A stretch of 62,527 nt of DNA, filler included, from Basidioascus undulatus (lineage: Eukaryota): assembly GCA_000826855.1 (NCBI GenBank). It is 18 parts of 18 records of this genome, joined end to end, with 100 filler letters (N's around TTAATTAATTAA, not from the genome) between each part and the next. Parts side by side here need not be neighbours in the genome. Positions count along the whole stretch, not along the records: positions 1 to 2,252 come from JTLS01002848.1; positions 2,353 to 25,151 come from JTLS01000285.1; 16 more parts are not named here. The stretch is one strand, 5' to 3'. Numbering within the stretch: position 1 is the stretch's first letter; each line of letters starts with the position of its first letter. This document shows positions 1 through 10,239 of this stretch, one piece after another. Made by a program: the position numbers and the translations under genes. The notes under the pieces were generated by a model. It was not told where the DNA came from. It did no database searches and worked only from the letters and a program-made list of their open reading frames with translations.

Positions 1-870
1 ACAGCTGCCCCCGATCACCCCCCCAGCAACAAAACGAGGCGGAACGGCGGGGGATTGATGGAGCGCCTCCACCCCGCCCACCTCCTCTCCTCCCGCCTCC
101 CATCCGAGACGCTCTTCTGGCTCGGCCTCGTGCTGGGGCCGTGGTGCTGGCTTGTGGGCGGGTGGTGGTTGAGCGCTGAGGGGCGGGTGGTCGGTCCGCA
201 TGCGGATGCGGGGCGTCGTCGGCCACCCCGATGGGGAGAAGACGGACGGGCCGAGGAGATGCGCAGGTGGGAGAGAAAGAGTTGGGAGAGGAGGTGCGGC
301 GAGGGGGAGGGAGAGTGGGGGAAGGAGATCGAGGAGAGGCAAGGCGGAGCGAGGGGAGGGAGTATACCGAGTATAACAATCTCGCCTTCGCTTGACGGCC
401 CTTCTCCCTCGACCTCACCGTCCTTCTCGCACTCGAACTGGAACTCGGCGCGGGACTCCGCGTCCTCCTCGCCGACGCTTCCCGGCCACCCGCACCATTC
501 GGACGCCTCGAAGCACTCGCCAACGTCGCTTTCCCACCCCCTCCTTAGCAGTTTGCACTCACCCACTTCCGCCTCCCCGTCATCCCCGCAATTTCCCTCC
601 TCCCCGCCCACGCACCCACACTCGCCCTCCTCTTCATCCTCCCAGTCCGACCCCTGCTGGCGATCCTCCGCATCGCCCGCAACTGACGCTCGCCCCTCCT
701 CACGCGCGCAAGGAGAAACCCAACCCGAACGCTGGGCGTGGCTGCCCCCCCTCACCCGCGACGCCCCCGAGTCCTGGGTGTACCGCTGCCGCATCGCGGC
801 GCTGCTCAGCACCCCGTTGTGCTTGGGCGCGGCGGTGGGGGCTGGGGTTGCTGTGGGGGTACTGGCTTGA
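1..870 (+). CDS. 3' part of a hypothetical membrane protein (Ser/Pro-rich loop between hydrophobic segments)
   Basis: The frame is open from base 1 to TGA at 868-870. Hydrophobic segments TLFWLGLVLGPWCWLVGGWWL and C-terminal IAALLSTPLCLGAAVGAGVAVGVLA. A T-rich 3' UTR-like tract follows. Confidence 0.55.
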   Translation, partial: TAAPDHPPSNKTRRNGGGLMERLHPAHLLSSRLPSETLFWLGLVLGPWCWLVGGWWLSAEGRVVGPHADAGRRRPPRWGEDGRAEEMRRWERKSWERRCGEGEGEWGKEIEERQGGARGGSIPSITISPSLDGPSPSTSPSFSHSNWNSARDSASSSPTLPGHPHHSDASKHSPTSLSHPLLSSLHSPTSASPSSPQFPSSPPTHPHSPSSSSSQSDPCWRSSASPATDARPSSRAQGETQPERWAWLPPLTRDAPESWVYRCRIAALLSTPLCLGAAVGAGVAVGVLA

Positions 871-2252
871 TGAGCGGTGGATAGGGTGGATGGGGTCGCC
901 CACAGCCGTTCGATCTTTGATCTTCGATTTTCACCTTCCTTGATTATTATAGCGCATTGCTACAGACGCTTTCTTGGCTCTTCGATTCGGATTTCCATAA
1001 CAACCCATTTGACGTTCTGCCCCCCTCCAAGAGAGGGCTAAGTTATACCCCCCATTCGCTTCTCTCCCACCCTACTCGGTTCCCTCGACATCTCTCAGTT
1101 TCCTCCCAGCCCACACGCTAGCACGGCGGTGCCACCCACGCTCATTGACGACTTCACGATTTCCTCTCTCATATTGGGATACTCTTGATCTCTTGTTGGC
1201 TCTGTCTTGATTTGGGTTGAAGTGGATTTGAAGGCTCGCTAGTTGTTAACACATTCGCACATTCGCAAATTCGCTCGCTGTTTACTGGCTGTTTGTTCCT
1301 TCATTCGAGCGCGGCGGATCGGGGAAGTGTGTATTTCTGGGCATCTGGTTTGTGGGGTGAGAATTGTTGCAGGTCGCGAGCGGAGTGTGAACGGTTTCGA
1401 CTTGCAGGCAGCAAAAGTGGGTCTGCGCGAAGGCGGGCTCAGCGGACTACACCTCAGGCCAGCACAACACTCAAACTTGCACTTGATTCCTTTATGACAC
1501 TCACCACTTCCCAAATGTTCTTCAGAGACAATTAAGCAAACCACGCATGGAAAGCTATTTGGGAGACTGCTAGTGCAGCCGCTCGCGCCCTCCCACTGCG
1601 CACCCGGCGGTGTCCGACCGCCGATTTGTTGCTGGGCCACAAAGAGGGAATGTTCTGTGGGTCTTCTGAAAAAGTTTTCACTGTACAAGTGAAGGCATGG
1701 AAGAAACAACAAGCCAGGCGCATTCGCTGCGGTGAGAGAGTCGTCACTAGGGCTGCAAGCTTCAAAGCGACGGTGCAACCGGCTCTTGATTTTTCACGAT
1801 TGCCTGAGACCCTACCACACCAGACTGAGCGAGAAAGATTCTAGGGAGTACAGGATTCACGACGAGCTCGGACTGGAAACAAGCAGCCCCTCACATGCGG
1901 CATCTTCGATCAATAATTCGCTCCGAACCGGCCCTTCTCAAGACATCGTTTCCGTTTCGGTGTTTCCCTTGGTTGTACTTTATTGTTCCCTGGACTCTTA
2001 TTGACAGAAGTCGCACACTCGGGGTCTGTCTTTGACTCGAGCTCTGCCTCTGGGCCGCCCTCAGCCTATGGTGTAAGGGCGACGTGGATAATTGCATGAA
2101 GGGTGTGTTGCACATATGATCGTGTCCATGGCCGATGATGCTCAAAGCAGCGAAGACAACACAGAAAAGTGGCGCCTCGAACCGTTCGGACGCTTCTCCA
2201 TCCATTACGATATTCATATCAACACATTCGAAGGCTCAGCCTGACGAAAGCC

Positions 2253-2352
2253 NNNNNNNNNNNNNNNNNNNNNNNNNNNNNNNNNNNNNNNNNNNNTTAA
2301 TTAATTAANNNNNNNNNNNNNNNNNNNNNNNNNNNNNNNNNNNNNNNNNNNN
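2253..2352. other. Artificial contig-joining spacer (N44-TTAATTAATTAA-N44); first of 17 identical spacers
   Basis: The identical 100-bp linker with stops in all six frames recurs at 25152-25251, 27498-27597, 29844-29943, 32189-32288, 34531-34630, 36871-36970, 39210-39309, 41548-41647, 43886-43985, 46219-46318, 48552-48651, 50883-50982, 53214-53313, 55545-55644, 57875-57974 and 60202-60301. Contigs after 25252 fall from 2246 to 2226 bp in order of size. Confidence 0.98.
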
Positions 2353-2367
2353 TCCTCCTCCTCCCTC

Positions 2368-3777
2368 TCACCTTCCCTTCCATTCCTGACACGTACTCGT
2401 GGTCCTCTCAGCTCATTTTGCACGCCCGCACTCACGCTCTCGTCTCGGAACACCGTGATCTCCTGCTCGTCTCGTCATCGGGTCAGAAATGAAGCCACCA
2501 TGACACCTCGCACATCAGAGCGTAAGACCGACCTGCTGCTTGAAGTACCTCCGGTTCTCCTCGTCGATGAGGACGAGGTTGAGGTAGTAGCGCACCGAGA
2601 ATTTCTTGTTGACATCCCGGAATGTCGGCGTGAGCTCGAACCCGCCGAGGAAGAGTCGTATAGGAATGGTCTCCCCTGTGCACCCCATCTCTGGTCAGCT
2701 CACGCGGAGGCGCTGGCATCGAGAAAGGCGGTGCGGACGCACCTCGCACGGGAGCGCCGTCCATAATCTCAAACTTCGTTATCGTCTCGGATTCGTTGTA
2801 CTGATTTGGTGCTGTGTGTGCGTGAAGTGAGCGCGAGCTTCGAGAGGGAATGCAGCCCGTAGCGACATACCGGCGCCCGTCGTCTCCCTCCGTATGATGG
2901 ACAGCTCCATGTGCTTGATCTTGATCCGCACGAGGAGGAAGTAGATCTTGCCCACGATCACGTCCTTCAAATGATATCTGTACCCGCACGTCCAATCAAC
3001 CCCACATCTGCCTTCCCCAGAACATGTGTGAACGGCATACGCACTTTGATTTGTTGTACTCGAACTCGATGTGCAGGCAGTCTTCGATGCCGACCTCCAT
3101 CTTGATGCTGTTGTTCGAGTCGGGCGGCATCCGGTACGAGTGTACCCAGATCTCCTTCTCCTTCACCACATCCGACATCCGCCGCGAGATGGTGATGCGG
3201 ACGAAGTACCTGTCCGCTTGCAGCGTTGATCAGCACGAGAGCGAGCCAGAGCGGAACGGGCCAGAGGACCAAGACGCACCGCAGCTTGACGTTGATGCCG
3301 TTGTACGACTCGTACTGCTTCTCCACATTCTTGAAGTTGAAGTCGAACGTCTGCGCTGTGCGCAGCTCGCCGGGCGCCGCCAGCTCCTGCACGAGCGACA
3401 GGAACTCGTAGTGGTTCCCGCGGTCGTAGAAGAGCTCTGTACCAGGAAGCCTCCATTAGACATCCACCTAAAGTTCATATGATGTCGCTACTCACCGATC
3501 GTGCCCACAAACTCCACCTTGATCCCATCGTGCGCCAGCTTCTTGCCATCCCGCACCCGCACCGTCACCTGCCACCATGCGCGAACTCAGCACGACACCC
3601 AGTCAACCCGAGATAGCCAAGCCTCACCTGCCCCGATACTGGCTCCCCGTCATAGTAGATCGGACAGGTCTCCTTGCGGTCCTTCTCCTGCTTGACCTCG
3701 ACCGTCTTCCGCTCGTCTTGCCCGTCGAGGGCGATCTGGACGTCGACGGCGGTTCCGAAACCGAAGAGAGCTGCCAT
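2368..3777 (-). CDS. VPS26: Retromer subunit Vps26 (multi-exon)
   Basis: Exons give MAALFGFG..IYYDGEPVSGQ, QELAAPGELRTAQTFDFNFKNVEKQYESYNGINVKLR, NNSIKMEVGIEDCLHIEFEYNKSK, DVIVGKIYFLLVRIKIKHMELSIIRRETTG, YNESETITKFEIMDGAPVRG and DEENRRYFKQQ|EITVFR. The exact stop codon (2368) is tentative. Confidence 0.96.
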
Positions 3778-4189
3778 CGGTTCGGTTATTCAAAAGATGA
3801 TCCGAAGGTGTGCGATCGACTGAGTGAGTACGGCTGTAGTTGAGTCAAAGAAGACGGTGCGATGAGCGGTCGAGGATGAGTGCAGGATCAAGGGTATGGG
3901 CGGGCGTACAGCCGTTGCGTGTCATAGCGCGAGATGCCGCACTGCCTCGCTGGTGCAATGAACTCTAAGTATCGCCGAAAGAGTCGCCTATCTTATCACA
4001 TGTCATTCTGCGACTTTCACCTTGCCGCCCAAGCGAGATCAGCTGCTGCCACAAGACATGAGCACCGTTGAGAATAAAGCTCATAGGAGACCTGATGGGA
4101 TTCTTGACCGCGTACCACCACCATCAACACACTTAAACATACCGCGACTCAATTTTCGATCATACCTTAGCCTACCCTCGCATTTTGAC

Positions 4190-6771
4190 ATGCTTCCGCT
4201 CGCCCGCAACCGTTTTTCCCTCCCTCGCTCAGCTCACTGCTTCACTCGTGGCATGCTCTCATCCCGCGCGATATCAGTGCTTTCGAATCTCGGAATCTCA
4301 ACTTCCGAGGAGAACAAGGGTCTCTTCGATGGGGATTGGGGTGGGACGGGGGAGTTGATGGAGAGCAGGAACCCGAGCACGGGTGAAGTCCTCGCGCGCA
4401 CTACGACGGTATGTGGTCATGTCCTTCCACTTCCTGATAATGCAGGCCTGATTAAAGATGTCCGATTCTGCAGGCGACCCCGCGGGAGGTCAGCAAAGCG
4501 ATCGAGAAAGCGCGCGAGGCGTTTTTGACCTGGCGTCTTGTTCCAGCGCCGAAGAGAGGGGAGATCGTTCGGCAGATCCGTGAAGCACTGGCTGCGAATG
4601 TGGAAGATCCTCCCGCCGTGATTTGAGCGTGTCACTCATGCTCCGTAGGAACACAGATTGACGACCTCGGCGCGCTTATCACGCTGGAGCAAGGCAAGAT
4701 CCTGACAGAAGGCAAGGGCGAGGTGCAAGAAGGCGTGGACATAGTGCGTATCTTTAGTCCGACTGTTTATTACTATACGGGGCTGATGGCATGAATAATG
4801 TGCACGTAGTGTGACTATGCGATAGGTCTCTCGCGGATGCTCAATGGCCGGGTGGTGCCGTCGGAACGGTAAGGCTAGCTTTCAAAGCGCAGGCAGAGAC
4901 ATCGCCTTGCTGAAGTTTTACGACTTGCAGCCCCGGGCATGTCATTCACGAAGGTACGCTCTACTCCTTGCGGCATAGTGACCAGCACTTGACTGCATAA
5001 TTGCCCTATGCCAGTTCCCAACCCTCTCGGCGTGGTCGGTCATTTCGCAATTAGCACTCAGCGCAAAGAGCTAATCAACATGAACTGACAGGTGGGCGTC
5101 CTGAGCGCGTCCAACTTCCCGCATGCGGTCTACCTCTGTACGCAAAATGAAGAGCTACCGACGTGTTAAAAGCTCATCCGAACATCCACAGGGAACCTCG
5201 CCATCCTCCTCATCACAGGCAACGGTTCGTCTATTTCCTTTCTCGTGGCTCGTGGCTCTCAGAAATCACTGAAACCTCACTTACAGCCTCCGTCTGGAAA
5301 CCCTCTCCGCTTACTCCTCTGACGTCCCTCGCTACCACGCGCCTCGTCTCTCGCGTTCTCGCCGCAAACAACCTCCCCGGCGCGCTTGCGTCACTTACGC
5401 TGGGCGACACGGCCGTCGGGAAAGAGATTGTGGGAAACGCGGGCGTCGACATGGTCAGCTTCACGGGTAGTGAGAAGGTGGGGAAGGAAGTGGGAAAGGT
5501 GGTGCAGGGTCGGTTCGGGAAGGTCTTGTGAGTTCCGTTGGTCATCGAGGGGGAGAGAAGCATGCTAATTCAGATGAGCTCAGGCTGGAGCTTGGTGGGA
5601 ACGCCGCTGCGGTCGTCATGAGCGATGCCGACCTTGACGTCGCGCTGCCAGCTGTGCTGTTCGCTTCAGTCGGGACTGCGTACGCTCATCCTCCCGTAAA
5701 CAGAGTCGCGATCTGACCAAGACTTGTGCGTTAGCGGTCAACGCTGTACCTCGACGCGACGTCTTCTCCTGCACCGTCCGATCGCCGACCAGTTCCTTTC
5801 TCGTCTGACCACCGCCTATACCACCCTGCGCATCGGCGACCCGCTCTCCCCCTCTTCGCACGTCGGCCCCGTCCACACGCCCTCCGTCGTCAGCGCCTAC
5901 AGCTCTGCTCTCTCCTCCCTCGCATCCTCGCCGAATACCAGGCTCCTCGCGGGCGGTGAGACGCTTTCCCTGTCCGGCGAGCTGGCCGGCGGCAACTTCG
6001 TGCGCCCCGCGATCGTCCTCCACGAGAAGGGCCACGCACACGAGGCGCTGCAGGAGGAATGCTTCGCGCCTGTGCTTCAGGTTGCGGTCTTCGATGAACT
6101 TGAGGAGGCGATCGCTTGGAACAACGCTGTGAGGCAGGGGTTGGGGAGCAGCTTGTTCACGAGGGACATGCGGAACGTGTTCAAGTGGATCGGTACGTCG
6201 TCTTCGGGCGCAGCATGCCTGGATGGTGCTCAACGCTACTGTGTGCGAATAGGACCGGCTGGTTCGGAATGCGGCTTGGTACGTGCATCTTACTGATCTT
6301 GCAGTTGAACACGTCCCTGACCGTGCCGGTCGTGCAGGTCAACGTTAATTGCGGGACATCCGGTGGGTTCTCGTGCTCACCGCATTCGACATCCCTCGGC
6401 TTATGAATGGGACATGAATAGGCGCCGAGATCGGTGCTGCGTTTGGAGGCAACAAGGCGCGCCGCTTACCTCCTTTCTGCCTGTCTGTCGCGCAGCTAAC
6501 ATGCAGTTCTGCAGGCGACTGGCTGGTGTGCATTCTCTTCGGTAATACCTCAGAGGCATAGAGCCGTTGCATTGATGCAGTTCTGCCTTACAGGGGACGC
6601 GAGTCCGGCGGAGAAGCTTGGAAGCAATACGTGCGGTGGAGCAGCTGTGGTACGTGGGCGAAGGGGGCTCTCATGCTTGTGGATGGTTGGCCCTGAGCTG
6701 AACGCTACCGTGCAGCCATCAACTACAGCAACGAGGTTCCTCTCGCACAAGGCGTTTCCTTCAGTACCTAA
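4190..6771 (+). CDS. Aldehyde dehydrogenase family 7 (antiquitin / alpha-aminoadipic semialdehyde dehydrogenase-like), possible mitochondrial presequence
   Basis: Motifs VPAPKRGEIVRQIR, EGKGEVQE, NFP, FTGSEKVG, LELGGN, GQRCTSTRRL (catalytic Cys), ECFAPVL, GAEIGAAFGGNK, GRESGGEAWKQY and the ALDH7-typical end INYSNEVPLAQGVSF. The N-terminus is Arg/Ser/Leu-rich. Confidence 0.92.
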
Positions 6772-7301
6772 TCTGGAACAGAGCCTTTGTACCATTTGTC
6801 TCTTGAACGTCTCGTATCCACCCGTGCTCGAGGGATGGACCGCTTCGCATGTCTCTCCTTGTACCGTCTTTGGCACGCACAGGACCATTTTGCGAGTCGC
6901 CTCTCTGGACCGCCGGGTTCAGCACCGCCCCTCAATTGAACGTTCTCACCACCTTCCCGACAGATCGCCCTGAAATTCATAACCTCAACGTAGCTAGTAT
7001 CTATAGAACTCCCTTCCCTGAGAATAAAGCTGGCCGACGGGCCGCCCTTAGCCGGCAACGCCGGAAGTCGCTGCCCGCTTGACTGTGTTCTTCAATTGCA
7101 AGCAGTCACGCGATTCCAGGCACGACGGACACAAACCTGTTTTTGAACACATGTTCAGCTTATCACTGACCGGTTTCGAGCTGTGTAGGCGAAGATAAAG
7201 GAGCCGAGAGCCCGGAACGCGACCCGTCTTCCCACCCACCCTCACCGATCCTTGCCTCTCGCGCACACGACCCTTGACACTCAAGTTCGTTCGGCGTTAC
7301 C

Positions 7302-9891
7302 ATGTCGAAAGAAGTCAAAGATGAAGTCGACTATCTGGAGAATGTCGATAGGTCGCGCTCGCCGCCGGAGAGGCTACACCCCTTGCTGGGCGACCGCGAC
7401 GCGGAAAGGAAGATCGTGCGAAAGGTAAGCCGCGGTGACAACTGCGCTCTCTTCAAGAACTTGTACTTACTGCGACTCCTTTGTTTTCTGGCAGCTTGAT
7501 ATCAGGCTGATACCTGTGGCATTCATCGTCTACATGATCACCTTCATTGATCGTGCGTTCTCTATGTATCGCGTCTTTCTCTATATATCGCGTTGCTGCC
7601 AGTGCCGACTGAAGACCATGTCCCCGTGTGCAGGTACAAACATCGGTAACGCGAGGTGAGAACTGCGTTATCTGGGATGAGAAGGCCTACTTATACGACG
7701 AACTTACGAGAATAGGATCGCCGGCCTAGAGGAGGACCTTGGGCTCGAGGGCACTCAATTTAACGTCTGCCTCCTCGTCCTCTACGTGGTGAGTGTCGTT
7801 TTTTTTCCATTCCGTATACGTGCACTAACACACCTACAGACCTACATTCTGGTCGAAGCCCCGTCCAATTTCGTCTTGAAGCTGGTCGGAGCCCGACTAT
7901 GGCTGTCCTTTCTGGTCATCAGTTTCGCACTGGTTTCGATGTTTACGGCTTTCGTCCAAAACTTTGCCGGAATGGTTGCGGTACGGATGGTGCTGGGCCT
8001 GACCGAAGGTGGTGTCTGCTGTGGTGCGTCTTGTTCTTTATACCATGGTCCCCGTATCTCATCGAAGGCTGGGTACCAGGGATGGCACTCTGGCTGTCGA
8101 GATTCTACCGCAAAGATGAACTCGTTCTCCGCATCGGCCTTTTCGTCAGCTCGGTTTCACTTGCGGGAGCGTTTGGTGAGTTGTGTTCTCAGCCTTTTGA
8201 AATCTCCAGTTGATTAACGGATTATTGCGCATAGGCGGCCTACTTGCTGGCGGACTGCTGAAGATTGGCAGCATCGGATCCATTAAGGGCTGGCGGCTAA
8301 TCTACGTAAGTGCTCGCTCTGTCCAAATCCTGTTTTCCGCGGGCCCGCTACTGAAGCACTGAGGTGTTTTAAGTTGGTCGAAGGCTGGATCTCCATCGCG
8401 CTCGGCGTGCTGTTTTACCTCCTCGCCGTTGATGAGCCGAGCACTGCGTTCTTCCTCAGTGAGGACGAGAGAGGTGCGTTTCGTGTTTTGTAAATAATCG
8501 AAGGTCCCCCATATCGCTAACACAAATAATTCCAGCTTTGGCTGTCGCTCGCATGCAACAGGAAACAGTTGGTATCAAGCATGTCAACGAGCGAGCGAAC
8601 TGGAAGCTTGTGCGACGCGGCATTTTTAACATCAACACCTGGCTTATGACGCTCGGCTACGGCCTCACTCAAGTCAGCGTGCAAGGCTTGTCGCTCTTTA
8701 TGCCAACGATCATCAGGGCTCTCATGCCCGCGGGGTCCAGTAAGCTGAATTACGGCTCGTGCACATTCGATTCAGAAGCTCACAAGCTCACAAATCCCTT
8801 TCCACAGGCACTGTCGAAACGCAGCTGCGGACCGTGCCGGTCTACATCGCATCGTTCACTTGGTCGATTGCTGTGGCTTGGATCTCTCGTGAGTAAAATA
8901 GATCTTGCTTTAAAGATCGCACCGCTGACCCTCTTCCAGAGCGGCTCAATCGCCGTGGCTATGTCATGATGGCTTCCGTTCCTTTCGCCATTGCCGGGTG
9001 GGTCAAGTAGCTGAATCTCGCTCGAATTTTTCCTCTGATATGCTTTGGAGTGGACAGATACTGTATCTTCCGAGCCACAACCGACTCTAAGGCAAGATTC
9101 GGTGCAGCCTTCCTTACTGCTTGTGGCATTTTCCCACTGTAAGCAGTTATCCTCCTTCCCGAAGTTGCATGCAATTAACAAACCCGTCACACTCACAGTG
9201 GCCCTGTAAGTTTCGAACACGTTTAGGGGAGGACCTTCCTTGATGGCTAATGTTGTTCCCAGTTCTTCTTGGCTTGGGGTGCGAATGTGCGTCGAGCCGA
9301 GCTTGCTTTGCTTAACGTGGACCGTCTGACAATACTTACAGAACACGGCTCCTGACTCGACAAGGGCGGTCGCGACGGCCATCATACCCGGTATTTCAAG
9401 CATCGGATCCATCGTTGCAACTTGTACGCTGGTTTCATGATCCTGAGGCAGGCATTCCTGACTGACAAGCCACCGGAAAGTCTCCTATTTGCCTTCTGAT
9501 GCGCCCAATTACCCGATAGGTGAATGTTCCCGGAACTTTTGCTTAGTCTATAAAGCTGACCTCGGGTGTTGTGCTCCAGGGAACTCCCTTAACATCGGTG
9601 AGTGTGGGATTTGAATGGTGGTGACATTCTCTCTGGAAACTCATGTTGTCTATGTCGACAGCGACGACCACCGCCGCCTGGCTCTGCGCTTTGACCGGCG
9701 TGCTTTACAATAAGTGGGAGAACCGCCAGAGAGCCCTTGGACGGAGGGACCATCGACTCGAAAACGCGGTGAGCACGACCTCCGTTACGTTGGTTTTCAC
9801 CGCAGGCTCTGACGAAAGGCGGTCTTCACAGACGGAAGAGGAGATCGAGCAGCTGGGGTCGAAGCATCCCGAATTCAAGATGTCCATCTGA
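7302..9891 (+). CDS. MFS transporter, anion:cation symporter (Dal5/Tna1 allantoate/nicotinate permease) family, many introns
   Basis: Spliced motifs ERKIVRK|LDIRLIP, FIDR|TNIGNAR|IAGLEEDLGL, VEAPSN, RMVLGLTEGG, FYRKDELVLRIGLF, GWRLIY|LVEG, ENRQRALGRRDHRL and LGSKHPEFKMSI-stop. Confidence 0.9.
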
Positions 9892-10239
9892 TGTAAGGTG
9901 TTCAGGTGTTCAGGTGTCGCAGGGTAATGAAGTTATTGCAATGCCCACAGGCTCCTCCATTGAGCACATCGCAGCTGGAGTTGCCCTCATTCTCCGAGAG
10001 TCCTCCCTAACGGTTTACTTGGCTCGCTGCAGCGGCGCCCACGACAGCCCCTTGGCATGGGACTTTTTGATGGGACTGAGCCGCAGTACTTATGTCGTAG
10101 ACGCGCAAAACACGCGGGTGCAGAACACGAAGAAAACTGCTCAACGGTCGTTCTATTCACGGTTACAATTCAGATCAGAGCTAGGAGGGGTATGCAAGTA
10201 CAAGAAAGGTGGTCTAACAACGAGAGCCGGCTATGTACC

